A DNA stretch of 64,000 bases from an uncultured Gammaproteobacteria bacterium (GTDB taxonomy: Bacteria > Pseudomonadota > Gammaproteobacteria > GCA-002705445 > GCA-002716945): NCBI GenBank assembly GCA_902628335.1, contig CACOMO010000002.1, positions 143,684 to 207,683 on the forward strand, in the 5' to 3' direction. The translations under genes and the position numbers were made by a program. This document shows positions 30,887 through 40,544 of this stretch, piece by piece. The notes under the pieces are model-generated. The model was not told where the DNA came from. It made no database searches and saw only the letters and a program-made list of their open reading frames with translations. Each line of letters starts with the position of its first letter. Within the stretch, counting starts at the first letter, position 1.

Positions 30887-31249
30887 ATGAGTAAAATTGA
30901 AAACACTATAGAACTTGATAATCCCTCAAGTTCTTCAAAAATAGGTGCTACTTCTGGGCATGTAAAGGTTGGTTTCTATAAAGATGGAGTATTAGATTTA
31001 GATATCCCATTAGTAGATATCAATGATGCCTTGAGAACCGTCATTTGCAACAGCAAAGTCAAAATTAACCCATATAACATTGCTAAAGACAAAGGGTATT
31101 TTGATATTAGTCTTCCAGAGAATATCAAAGGAAGTCTTGCGAACCTAATTATAGTTAAGACACTAACGAATATCGGTCTTAAATATAAGTCTAATAGTTG
31201 CAAATTGGAGGTCGATGGTAATGAAAGAACGATATGCTTCCATTATTGA
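30887..31249 (+). CDS. hypothetical protein (first gene of a two-gene cassette)
   Basis: Strong SD AAAGAGGAG 8 nt upstream. No recognisable motifs. Overlaps the next gene. Confidence 0.45.
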   Translation: MSKIENTIELDNPSSSSKIGATSGHVKVGFYKDGVLDLDIPLVDINDALRTVICNSKVKINPYNIAKDKGYFDISLPENIKGSLANLIIVKTLTNIGLKYKSNSCKLEVDGNERTICFHY

Positions 31250-31574
31250 ACAATTAAAGTGGATTCCAATTAGTTATAGACATGACGGTTTACAAGGTAT
31301 CGTTAATGAACTGAGATTGTTATTTACTGGTAAAACAGTTAGATGTAAAGGTAAAGTTAAGGTTATTGATACAACCTTTGCAAAATACAGAAACTACAAA
31401 AGAAAGAGTGGAGAGAGTCTGACACTTTTATATAAATCTCATGATGGTAAAAAGGCAGCAATACACTTCGGGGAAAATAATCCTTGGAACTGGGCGCCAA
31501 AATTTATACAGATGAAGTTAAGGATGAGAGGGGATCTTCCAAAAACACATATAATCAAAGGATGGGAGGATTGA
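31221..31574 (+). CDS. hypothetical basic protein (second gene of the cassette)
   Basis: SD GGAGG upstream of the ATG at 31221; the ORF track start is 31215. Lys/Arg-rich. Ends 8 nt before a perfect hairpin. Confidence 0.45.
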   Translation: MKERYASIIEQLKWIPISYRHDGLQGIVNELRLLFTGKTVRCKGKVKVIDTTFAKYRNYKRKSGESLTLLYKSHDGKKAAIHFGENNPWNWAPKFIQMKLRMRGDLPKTHIIKGWED

Positions 31575-31603
31575 AAAAAAACACCCCCTCCGAAGAGGGG
31601 GTG
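31574..31603 (-). terminator. Rho-independent terminator for the alkB-like gene (possibly bidirectional)
   Basis: Minus-strand reading: CACCCCCTC-ttcg-GAGGGGGTG followed by T8. Located 39 nt after the stop of the minus-strand gene. Confidence 0.75.
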
Positions 31604-31641
31604 CATCAAGTCCTTTTGAATTTTATATTTCCTATAAAATC

Positions 31642-32835
31642 TTAACTTTCTGCAGGGAATGAAAGCTCATCGCCATCGAAACGTGTACCTTCGTAACCAA
31701 CTTCTTCGTTGATTCTTGCAGCAATACCTTTCTCTGCGTCTGTTGCAAATTTCTCATCCCATGTAGCTAATCTTTTTCTCATGTACCAATGCCATAGTGG
31801 TGGTACAAGCGCTAATGCGAAGATTGTGAAATAACCCCAACCTGTGTTAGGTGCACCCACATTTTCAAGCTCCCAGAAATGTGTCTCACCACGATCATGA
31901 TGATCTGCTTGACGACCGATTTCAATGAAGAACCAGCTTGTGAATAGTGTGTTGTTATCCCAGTTATGACGATAGTCAATTGGCTGATCTTTAACACGAA
32001 TTAAGCCGTAGTGCTCAAGATAGTTCAATGCTTCTAATTCGAAGTTTGAAACTACCCAAACTACAGTTAATGCTGCTACACCAACCCAACCGCCTGCTGC
32101 AAAGAATAATGCAACTGATGGTACTGACATTAAGTAACCTCTAATCCAACGGTTTTGCCATGAGATAAAAGATTTACCCATACGTCCAAGTCTTTCTTTT
32201 TCCATGTTGAAAAGGAATTTTGACTGACCTAAGTATGAAAGCAGGTAATGACCATAGATCGTACGACCGCGAGGTGCTGTTGCAGGATCGTCTTCACTTG
32301 CTAACTCTAAGTGATGGTTGTAAACATGTGCATAACAGAAATGTGCTGACCCTGAAAGTGCCATTGTTGCTCTTGAGATTAAGAACCCAAAGCCTTTTGT
32401 ATGTGAAAGCTCATGTCCGTAAATGATACCTATACCAGCAAATATTCCAGTTGAAAGTGTTGCACCAATTAAATCTAGACCTGTTATTCCTGAGGTAACT
32501 GGAATTAGGCCAAATAACATTGATGTTACTTCTACTGGCATACCTGACATGTATCCGTAAACTCTCCATGCTAATGCAAGTTGTAGTAATACGAAAACAG
32601 GTAACATTAAGTACATTACCAAGTTCTGAAAACCAGGATTTGCTAATGTGTTTCCATTATCGTCGTGCATTCTGCTTGAAGCTTGTTTCTTGATTGCTGT
32701 ATCAATGAAGATACCAACAAAAAGAAGAACAACGCCTGTCCACGCAAACGCTCCGCCAATTAATACGCCTGCAAACGCAACCAAAATTAGTGACGGTGCA
32801 AGTAAGTATTTCATATTGTGTAAAATTTTTAACAT
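31642..32835 (-). CDS. alkB: AlkB-family integral-membrane non-heme di-iron hydroxylase (alkane 1-monooxygenase-like)
   Basis: His boxes HELSHTK, HVYNHH and the hallmark NYLEHYGL, plus a C-terminal ADHHDRGETHF. Perfect SD AGGAGG. No rubredoxin or reductase nearby. Confidence 0.7.
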   Translation of the reverse strand: MLKILHNMKYLLAPSLILVAFAGVLIGGAFAWTGVVLLFVGIFIDTAIKKQASSRMHDDNGNTLANPGFQNLVMYLMLPVFVLLQLALAWRVYGYMSGMPVEVTSMLFGLIPVTSGITGLDLIGATLSTGIFAGIGIIYGHELSHTKGFGFLISRATMALSGSAHFCYAHVYNHHLELASEDDPATAPRGRTIYGHYLLSYLGQSKFLFNMEKERLGRMGKSFISWQNRWIRGYLMSVPSVALFFAAGGWVGVAALTVVWVVSNFELEALNYLEHYGLIRVKDQPIDYRHNWDNNTLFTSWFFIEIGRQADHHDRGETHFWELENVGAPNTGWGYFTIFALALVPPLWHWYMRKRLATWDEKFATDAEKGIAARINEEVGYEGTRFDGDELSFPAES

Positions 32836-33028
32836 AACTACCTCCTAAGTAGTGTTTATGTCCATATTAAAACGTACAACTATATTAAAATATTAACATT
32901 GTCTAATATATTTAATATTTGTTCGTATATTGTCCATAACAATATATTGACAAATAGACTATGTCAAGCCAAATAGTGCAAAATTTACTAAATGTTACTG
33001 CAGGTTAGGTTTTATAAGGGTTAACTGG

Positions 33029-33274
33029 TTATTTAGATTTGTATTTACGTCTAAATTTGGCCACGCGGCCTTCTTTCGTCTCAATTCTACCTTTTCCGGT
33101 GTAAAAAGGGTGGGATTCTGATGAAGTCTCTATCTTGTAGACTGGATACTCTTTACCATCCTCATATTTCATAGTCTCTTTAGGGTCTAGAGTAGATGAC
33201 AAGAGAAAGCTCTTGTTGCTAGATACATCAAAAAATATTATTGGTTGATGTTTTGGATGAATATCTTTTTTCAT
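33029..33274 (-). CDS. rpmE2: 50S ribosomal protein L31 type B (Cys-less paralogue)
   Basis: MKKDIHPKHQPIIF..YPVYKIETSSESHPFYTGK has no CxxC zinc ribbon. The ORF track start at 33292 adds 6 aa; MKKDIHPK at 33274 is preferred. Confidence 0.85.
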   Translation of the reverse strand: MKKDIHPKHQPIIFFDVSSNKSFLLSSTLDPKETMKYEDGKEYPVYKIETSSESHPFYTGKGRIETKEGRVAKFRRKYKSK

Positions 33275-33363
33275 AATCTGGTAATATAGCATAGTATTTA
33301 AGAACTAATAATATATTTTTAACGCAATTATCAAAGAAAATACCAGGTTTTTACTACTAGAAA

Positions 33364-34110
33364 ATGAAAATTATTCAAATAACCGACTTGCATCTTAGAT
33401 CTGATAAGAATTATAACGCTTTTGAGATAAACACATTTCAATCAGCAGAGATGATTATCAGCCATATATCCAAGCAGCACAGAGATATCGGTGCACTTGT
33501 AATTTCAGGAGACATTTCTGATGATGAGACAAGTGAGTCTTATTCGAATCTCATGGAGATAACTGATCAAATTAATACCGAAATATACTTGATGCCAGGT
33601 AATCATGACTCTATTGAAGAAATAGAGAAGTGTGCATCTAACAATAGGGTGAATTCAGAGCTTTATTTTATGAGAGATAATTGGGTCTTCTTTATGTTTA
33701 ATACAAAGAAGAATAACTCGCCAAATGGCTTATTGAAGCAACATGAAATAGACATTTTCATAAACATGCTAAGGGAGAATTCTGATAAATTCTTCATGAT
33801 ATTTCTACACCATCACCCAGTAAAAATTGGATCACCAACAATGGATAAAATGATTATTGAGAATGCGAATATTCTTCTTGAACTTATAGAGCAATATAAA
33901 TCAATACGGGGAGTATCTTGGGGTCATATTCATAATGTTTTTGAAACACAACTCAACAACGCTAAATTGTTCTCTACCCCGTCAACTTGTTACCAATCTA
34001 AACCAAAATCTAAAAGTTTTGTTATTGATGAAAAAGAGAAACCTGGTTACAGGATTATTCACTTCAGCTCAAGTGGAGAACTAAAAACAGAAGTTAGGCG
34101 TATGTGCTAA
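33364..34110 (+). CDS. cpdA: metallophosphoesterase, 3',5'-cyclic nucleotide phosphodiesterase CpdA-like
   Basis: Calcineurin-like motifs DLHL, GDISDD, GNHD and GHIH. Confidence 0.7.
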   Translation: MKIIQITDLHLRSDKNYNAFEINTFQSAEMIISHISKQHRDIGALVISGDISDDETSESYSNLMEITDQINTEIYLMPGNHDSIEEIEKCASNNRVNSELYFMRDNWVFFMFNTKKNNSPNGLLKQHEIDIFINMLRENSDKFFMIFLHHHPVKIGSPTMDKMIIENANILLELIEQYKSIRGVSWGHIHNVFETQLNNAKLFSTPSTCYQSKPKSKSFVIDEKEKPGYRIIHFSSSGELKTEVRRMC

Positions 34111-34129
34111 ACAAGGCTGATTTCAATTT

Positions 34130-35419
34130 TCAATTGTTATATCCTTTTTCACCGTGCTCAGTTAAGTCAATCCCTGTCTCTTCATTCTCATCAGTGACTC
34201 TAAGGCCTACAAGACTGTTTGTTATTTTCAATCCTATGTATGTGAAAATACCACACCACACAATTGTGAATAAAACTCCGATAAATTGAATTATTACTTG
34301 TTTAGAAATACTATTTTCTAGCCCTACTCCACCATAGGTACTGGCTGCAAAAACACCAGTAAGAAGTGTTCCAAGTATTCCACCTACACCATGGACTGGA
34401 AATACATCAAGTGAGTCATCTATCAAGAGAATCTTTTTTATGTACTGAGTAGCCTCATAACATACAACACCAGCAGAAATACCAATTATTAACGCTCCTA
34501 TTGGACCTACAAAACCAGAAGCTGGAGTAATTGTTCCCAGCCCAGCAACCATACCTGTCACAATACCAAGCACACTCGGTTTGCCCTGTTTCATCCACTC
34601 TCTGAACATCCATGATAATGAGCCAGCTGCAGCTCCAATGTGAGTAACTAACATAGCCATGCCAGCAGATTGATCAGCTGCTAGAGCAGATCCTGCGTTA
34701 AAACCAAACCATCCTACCCATAACATTGACGCACCGGCAACAGTCATTGCAAGATTATGAGGTGGCATTGGAGTGCTCGGAAATCCCCTTCTCTCTTTAA
34801 GCATAACTGCTGCAACAAGAGCTGCTATACCGGCATTGACGTGGACTACAGTCCCGCCTGCAAAATCCAATAAACCAAGCTCGCCCAGCCATCCACCACC
34901 CCAGACCATATGGCAAATTGGCGCATAGACAAAAGTCATCCAAATCAGACTAAAAATGAGCATTGCAGAAAATTTCATTCGTTCAGCAAATCCACCCACA
35001 ATCAGTGCAGGTGTTATGATAGCAAAGGTTAGTTGAAACATTGCGAAAACTGTCTCAGGAATATCACCTGACATGTTTGAGGAAGATAGCGAAGATAAAA
35101 ATAAATTATCAAGATTACCCACAAAAGCATTGAAAGATCCACCATCTCCAAAGGTCCAGCTATATAAATAAACCACCCACATTAGAGATACTAAACATGT
35201 GAGAGAAAAACACTGCATCAACACTGATAATACGTTTTTGCTTCGGACTAAACCCGCATAGAAAAACGCCAGACCTGGTAAAGTCATGAAGAGGACTAAT
35301 ACAGTAGATGTTAATATCCATGATGTGTTTGCATTAGAGATTTCATCTGCTAATACATAGCTTGGTGATAAGAAAAATAAAAGACCTAAAGGCAAAAACC
35401 TTGATATAATTTTGTACAT
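34130..35419 (-). CDS. amtB: ammonium transporter
   Basis: Amt family with signal peptide and conserved twin-His pore region. SD AGGAG. No adjacent glnK. Confidence 0.9.
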   Translation of the reverse strand: MYKIISRFLPLGLLFFLSPSYVLADEISNANTSWILTSTVLVLFMTLPGLAFFYAGLVRSKNVLSVLMQCFSLTCLVSLMWVVYLYSWTFGDGGSFNAFVGNLDNLFLSSLSSSNMSGDIPETVFAMFQLTFAIITPALIVGGFAERMKFSAMLIFSLIWMTFVYAPICHMVWGGGWLGELGLLDFAGGTVVHVNAGIAALVAAVMLKERRGFPSTPMPPHNLAMTVAGASMLWVGWFGFNAGSALAADQSAGMAMLVTHIGAAAGSLSWMFREWMKQGKPSVLGIVTGMVAGLGTITPASGFVGPIGALIIGISAGVVCYEATQYIKKILLIDDSLDVFPVHGVGGILGTLLTGVFAASTYGGVGLENSISKQVIIQFIGVLFTIVWCGIFTYIGLKITNSLVGLRVTDENEETGIDLTEHGEKGYNN

Positions 35420-35592
35420 AATACTTACTCCTACCAGGATTAATGCACAAAATATGCCAACTCTTAATTATTTGAAAAGTTTGAATCCATCGAGTAATCT
35501 ATTACTTTATATGGCATAGTTTGATTTCAAGTGAATAAACTAAGATACTTCTGTTCAAGTTACGCACATAATAAATACATGTATGCACTATT

Positions 35593-36702
35593 ATGAAGCA
35601 AATTGATAAAACATATGATGCAATTATCATTGGAGCTGGTCCTGCTGGGTGCACCTGTGCGCAATACTTACGTCAATCAGATTTAAAGGTACTTTTACTG
35701 GATAAAAATAATTTTCCGAGACATAAGCCTTGTGCCGGTGGTATTACTATGAAAACTATTAAACATTTACCTATTAACGTTGAGCATCTTGTTCAGCATA
35801 CCGCTAGAAATATGAAGTTTTCGTTTAGCAAAGATAGGTCAGTTGAATTACAACATGATACTGGTTCATGTGTAATGGTGATCAGAGATGAATTTGATAA
35901 TTATTTTTTCGAGGAAACCTTGAAAACAGGAGTTCAGTTTCAAAAAATATCAAAATTAAAAAGCATAAAACACAAGGATGATCAGTTGATTGAGGTTTCA
36001 TTTGATGATTATTTGGTAAACGCCCAGTACATTATTGGTGCGGATGGCGCAAATAGTAAGGTAAGGAAACTATCACACGAAAAACATCATCTTCATCCTG
36101 TATCAGCGTATGAAGGTAAGGTATCTCGTTATAGTGAGGATGATGCGGTGACAGAATTTATTTTTAATGATAGTGGATATGCATGGATATTCCCTAAATT
36201 AGATCACTATAATGTCGGCATTGGAAATCTTGTTAACGATCATAATATCAAGAAACGAACAAAGGAAGATTTGTTTAAATTCGTCGCAAAGAAATTTAAT
36301 GGGAGAGAGATAGCAGATATTACTGCTTTTCCCATTGGAACAGAGGGTATAGGTTATGCCGCAAAAAATAATATCTTCTTGGTAGGTGATGCAGCTGGCC
36401 TTGCTGAGACTCTTCTTGGTGAGGGTATATATAACGCTGTTATCTCTGGTAAATACGCTGCCTTATCAATCATTGATTCAAAAGAAGGTGGTCGATCTGC
36501 AACATCTATTTACAATTCATTTTTGAGAAAATTATCAAATGAGTTAACACTGTACAGCAAAGGGGCAAAAATTCTATATGGTTTTCCCAAAATAAGCTAC
36601 TACGCCATGAAGCTTTGGTTAGGTGAAAAATTTATGACCGGTTACTCAAACGGCCAAACACTCTCTGAAATAATGGGAAAGAAAAATTCACTTATTAACT
36701 GA
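35593..36702 (+). CDS. geranylgeranyl reductase-family FAD-dependent oxidoreductase
   Basis: Rossmann GxGxxG motif DAIIIGAGPAGCTCA, an early CAGG motif, and a GDAAG motif later in the sequence. Confidence 0.65.
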   Translation: MKQIDKTYDAIIIGAGPAGCTCAQYLRQSDLKVLLLDKNNFPRHKPCAGGITMKTIKHLPINVEHLVQHTARNMKFSFSKDRSVELQHDTGSCVMVIRDEFDNYFFEETLKTGVQFQKISKLKSIKHKDDQLIEVSFDDYLVNAQYIIGADGANSKVRKLSHEKHHLHPVSAYEGKVSRYSEDDAVTEFIFNDSGYAWIFPKLDHYNVGIGNLVNDHNIKKRTKEDLFKFVAKKFNGREIADITAFPIGTEGIGYAAKNNIFLVGDAAGLAETLLGEGIYNAVISGKYAALSIIDSKEGGRSATSIYNSFLRKLSNELTLYSKGAKILYGFPKISYYAMKLWLGEKFMTGYSNGQTLSEIMGKKNSLIN

Positions 36703-37677
36703 CTATCTACCCCTAGACCTGCACATCTCTGCAATATCCTTCAATAGATCACAGTGATTACTTGGTGGAATCTTGTTAAGACTTGATAATGCCAAATCAG
36801 TTTGTTCATTTATTTTATCCTGGAGATAAATGTCAGATTTATTGTTTTTAAGTATAGTGATAATTTCATCACTTTGAGTCGATGAATTTTCTCCAACTAT
36901 AGCCTCTTCTATTAGCGTTCTTTCTTTGTCAGTACAGTTTGCTAATGAGTGGATAATGGGAAGTGTAACTTTGCCTTCTACCAGATCTTCAGTTAAATTC
37001 TTTCCTGTTTCTGAACGTGTACCAAAATAGTCTAAGAAATCATTTCTGAGCTGGTATGCAATCCCAAAATGATAACCATATCTCTGTAGATTATCGATTT
37101 GAGTTTTATCACAAGCGCTTGTTATGCCTCCTATTTTTGCTGAAGCTTCAAACAAAATTGCAGTTTTTCGGTAAATAATTTCCATATAATCTTCTTCAGT
37201 AAGTTTTGTATTCTCGATATTCATTAGTTGCATAACTTCCCCTTGAGCAATGGTATTAGTAGTTTGGGCAAGTGTTTTATATATTTCACTACTATTAATT
37301 TCTACTATAATCTCGAATGCACGAGAATAAAGAAAATCACCCACCAACACTGCTCCTTTGTTTCCCCAAATGGTATTTGCAGTGTCTTTACTATGTCTAA
37401 TTTCTGACATATCCACTACATCGTCATGAAGAAGTGTAGCAGCATGAATGAATTCAATAACGACTGCAGCATCTGTGACAGTTTGATTATCTGCTTCCTT
37501 ACCTACTTTAGATGATAAAATGAGAATGAGGGGACGCATTCTTTTTCCGCCACTCTGGATAATGTGTGCTCCCAACTGATTTATTAATGAAACATTTGTT
37601 TTAGACCGTATTTTCAATCTCGACTCAAGCAAATCTAGCTCGTTACTCACTCTTTCTTTGATAGTACTCAATTCCAT
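36703..37677 (-). CDS. ispB: octaprenyl-diphosphate synthase (trans-polyprenyl synthetase)
   Basis: First DDxxD motif (LLHDDVVD) and a second Asp-rich motif, consistent with the trans-polyprenyl synthetase family; about 320 aa. Divergent from rplU, as in enterics. Confidence 0.85.
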   Translation of the reverse strand: MELSTIKERVSNELDLLESRLKIRSKTNVSLINQLGAHIIQSGGKRMRPLILILSSKVGKEADNQTVTDAAVVIEFIHAATLLHDDVVDMSEIRHSKDTANTIWGNKGAVLVGDFLYSRAFEIIVEINSSEIYKTLAQTTNTIAQGEVMQLMNIENTKLTEEDYMEIIYRKTAILFEASAKIGGITSACDKTQIDNLQRYGYHFGIAYQLRNDFLDYFGTRSETGKNLTEDLVEGKVTLPIIHSLANCTDKERTLIEEAIVGENSSTQSDEIITILKNNKSDIYLQDKINEQTDLALSSLNKIPPSNHCDLLKDIAEMCRSRGR

Positions 37678-37804
37678 ATAGACATATTACATATTATGCT
37701 GAGTTTTGACAGTAAAACTGGGAGATAAAAGCTCTAATAATTTACTCAAAAGTTGTTTATTAAATAACAAATACAGGGTAAAATTTATGCTTTCAGGTGA
37801 TAAT

Positions 37805-38113
37805 ATGATAGCAATAATAAAGAGTGGGTGCCAACAGTTTAAGGTAACAGAAGGTGATCATATTAAGGTGATGCCAGTAGCATCACCAGAAGGTTCCTCA
37901 GTTTCGTTCGATAATGTCGTTTCTGCATTTGATGATAATAACCAGTTATTACCAAATGAAAAAATTTCAACACTCAAGGTAACTGGAACAGTTAAAAGAC
38001 ACGGCAACTATAAGAAAATTAGGGTAATTAAATTTAAAAGACGTAAGCACTACATGAGATCCCATGGCCATAAGCAAGGCTATACAGAGATAAAAATAGA
38101 ATCAATCAAATAA
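37805..38113 (+). CDS. rplU: 50S ribosomal protein L21
   Basis: [14 protein letters not shown] aligns with E. coli MYAVFQSGGKQHRV. SD AGGTGA. The ORF track start at 37706 is an over-extension. Confidence 0.9.
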   Translation: MIAIIKSGCQQFKVTEGDHIKVMPVASPEGSSVSFDNVVSAFDDNNQLLPNEKISTLKVTGTVKRHGNYKKIRVIKFKRRKHYMRSHGHKQGYTEIKIESIK

Positions 38114-38126
38114 GAAGGAACAAGAA

Positions 38127-38393
38127 ATGGCACATAAGAAAGCTGGCGGAAGTACGAAAAACGGAAGAGATTCAGAATCTAAGAGATTAGGTGTCAAAAA
38201 ATTTGGAAGTGAGTTCGTAAAAGCTGGCAACATCATTATACGTCAACGTGGAACACCAGTTAAGCCTGGACAAAATGTTGGCTGCGGTAAAGATCATACG
38301 CTTTTTGCCAAAATAGATGGCTATGTTCTTTTTCAAAGAAAAGGACCAAACAAACATAAATTTGTCAGTGTTCTTCCGACAAAATTAAATTAA
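38127..38393 (+). CDS. rpmA: 50S ribosomal protein L27
   Basis: [16 protein letters not shown]. Confidence 0.95.
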   Translation: MAHKKAGGSTKNGRDSESKRLGVKKFGSEFVKAGNIIIRQRGTPVKPGQNVGCGKDHTLFAKIDGYVLFQRKGPNKHKFVSVLPTKLN

Positions 38394-38421
38394 ATAATTC
38401 AGACTTAACAATTCCAAAATT

Positions 38422-39432
38422 ATGAAATTTATAGATGAAACCGTCATCTCTGTTAAAGCAGGTAATGGTGGTGATGGGTGCCTAAGTTTTAGAAGAGAAA
38501 AATATATACCATTTGGTGGGCCAGATGGTGGTGATGGTGGAATTGGTGGATCGATTATTGCAACAGCAAAAGATGGTTTAAATACACTTGCAGATTTTAG
38601 GAACAAAAATGAATTTCGAGCAAGTAATGGTGAAAAAGGTGGTGGTAAAAATAAAAAAGGTAAGGCTGGTGAGGATCTAGTAATTGAACTACCTGTGGGT
38701 TCTGTAATTTATGATAATGAGTCAGGAAATGAGATATGTGACTTAGAATCTCACGGACAGAGTGTTGAGCTTGCAAAAGGTGGTGATTTTGGACTAGGTA
38801 ATACTAGATTTAAATCTTCGACTAATAGAGCTCCAAGGAAAATAACTAAAGGCATCAAAGGAGAAAGTAAAAAATACAAAATAGTTCTAAAAGTTCTTGC
38901 AGATGTTGGTTTAGTGGGTTTACCGAACGTAGGCAAAAGCTCGATATTATCAGCTGTGAGTATGGCTAGACCTAAAATTGCAAACTATGAATTTACAACA
39001 CTGCATCCAAACCTTGGGGTGGTCCTAATCAATGAGTACGAAAAGTTTGTTGTTGCAGATATTCCTGGTTTAATTGAGGGAGCTTCAAGTGGATTAGGAT
39101 TGGGTATACAATTTTTAAAGCATATATCTAGAACTAAACTACTTTTGCATGTAATAGATATTTCAAATAGTGATATAAAAAAAATCACAAAGGATATCCA
39201 AGTAATAGAGACTGAGCTTAAAAATTATGATGATAAATTATTTAATATGAGCCGTTGGTATGTTTTCAATAAAATCGACTTACTAAATAGAAAAGATTTA
39301 ATGGATATGAAAAATAATATTGTCAAAAATCATGACTCTAATGTATATTTTACATCATCAATAAATAAAAATGGTCTAGAAAAAATGTGTAATGATATCT
39401 GGAATCATCTTAGAGAGATTTATAATGATTAA
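38422..39432 (+). CDS. obgE: GTPase Obg/CgtA
   Basis: Gly-rich Obg fold GNGGDGC..GGPDGGDGG, with G1 GLPNVGKSS and DIPGLIEGA. Confidence 0.95.
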   Translation: MKFIDETVISVKAGNGGDGCLSFRREKYIPFGGPDGGDGGIGGSIIATAKDGLNTLADFRNKNEFRASNGEKGGGKNKKGKAGEDLVIELPVGSVIYDNESGNEICDLESHGQSVELAKGGDFGLGNTRFKSSTNRAPRKITKGIKGESKKYKIVLKVLADVGLVGLPNVGKSSILSAVSMARPKIANYEFTTLHPNLGVVLINEYEKFVVADIPGLIEGASSGLGLGIQFLKHISRTKLLLHVIDISNSDIKKITKDIQVIETELKNYDDKLFNMSRWYVFNKIDLLNRKDLMDMKNNIVKNHDSNVYFTSSINKNGLEKMCNDIWNHLREIYND

Positions 39433-40195
39433 TTATAGAAATGTAGTAATAAAAATAGGTAGTGCTCTATTAAGCAATGACAACCATGATGTTGAACATT
39501 TCATTAAGAATATTTGTAAGCAAATTGCAAATGCGAAAAGCAAAGGGACAAAATTTACTATTGTTACATCAGGCGCAATTAGTAAAGGACAAGAAATGCT
39601 TCAAGTTCAAAACAGGCCTAATGAGCTTGAGGAATTGCAGGCACTTGCCGCGATCGGGCAACAAAGTCTAATGAGAATGTATGAGGGAGAATTTGCAAAT
39701 CATGCTTGCTTAACTGCTCAAATCCTATTGACTCACGACGACATGAATAATCCAAATAGGTTTTTAAATGCGAAAGCTACTATTACTAGGATAATTTCAC
39801 AGGGTGTGATTCCAATTATTAACGAAAACGATGTGGTAGCAACAGAAGAGATTCGACTAGGAGATAATGACACATTAGCTGCGATGGTCTCTAATTTAGT
39901 TGAAGCGGATTTAATGATAATTTTAACAAATCAGAAAGGCTACTATGATAAAAACCCAGACAAATTCAATAATGCTAAACTTATTAAGAGATGTAACATT
40001 AAAGAGTTACAGGATTTTGATATCTCTTTAGACGATAAAAGTAAACTAGGTACGGGTGGCTTTAAAACGAAACTAAATGCCGTAAAAATGACAACCTCAG
40101 AACATACAACATCTATTATCGCATCTGGCTATGACACTAATGTTGTTGATAAGATATTAAATAAAAAAGTTATCGGTACTATTTTCTTTATTTGA
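39425..40195 (+). CDS. proB: glutamate 5-kinase (short form without PUA domain)
   Basis: Amino-acid kinase family motifs VIKIGS and TSGAI. Overlaps the obg stop by 8 nt. Confidence 0.8.
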   Translation: MINYRNVVIKIGSALLSNDNHDVEHFIKNICKQIANAKSKGTKFTIVTSGAISKGQEMLQVQNRPNELEELQALAAIGQQSLMRMYEGEFANHACLTAQILLTHDDMNNPNRFLNAKATITRIISQGVIPIINENDVVATEEIRLGDNDTLAAMVSNLVEADLMIILTNQKGYYDKNPDKFNNAKLIKRCNIKELQDFDISLDDKSKLGTGGFKTKLNAVKMTTSEHTTSIIASGYDTNVVDKILNKKVIGTIFFI

Positions 40196-40203
40196 TGATA
40201 GAA

Positions 40204-40464
40204 CTATAAATCTTTCAGTTGTTTATTAAGTCTAGATTTATGTCTAGCAGCCTTATTTCTGTGCAATAGACCCTTTAATACTAATTTATCCATAATAGAA
40301 ACAGCCTGTTTATAGTCCTTGCTTGATTGATCTTTATTTTTCTCTGAGATTGATTTCAACACCTTTTTAACTGATGATCTGAACTCAGATTTTTGTGATG
40401 CATTTCGTGCTCTGGCTTTATTTGCTTGTCGCACTCTTTTTCTTGCTTGACTGGTATTTGCCAA
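40204..40464 (-). CDS. rpsT: 30S ribosomal protein S20 (TTG start)
   Basis: (M)ANTSQARKRVRQ...KGLLHRNKAARHKSRL matches E. coli S20. TTG start at 40464, preceded by GAGGAG. The ORF track ATG at 40545 over-extends. Confidence 0.9.
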   Translation of the reverse strand: MANTSQARKRVRQANKARARNASQKSEFRSSVKKVLKSISEKNKDQSSKDYKQAVSIMDKLVLKGLLHRNKAARHKSRLNKQLKDL

Positions 40465-40544
40465 TGTATTCTTCTCCTCATTAAAGGTAAAATAAAACAA
40501 GATTATCTCAGTGGAGCTTTTAACTGTCAATAGTTTGATACACA

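Noticed and set aside
31642-32835. Elevated GC of alkB and dsr taken as evidence of recent horizontal transfer.
   Set aside because: The housekeeping membrane gene hppA shows a similar local GC elevation. Amino-acid composition (Gly, Ala, Cys) and expression-linked codon bias explain much of it, so composition alone is not conclusive.
33275-33363. Possible Zur box upstream of the Cys-less L31 paralogue rpmE2.
   Set aside because: Only short AT palindromes such as AATATATT are present, with nothing resembling the 23-bp Zur consensus. This may be the sole L31 in an AT-rich genome rather than a zinc-regulated paralogue.
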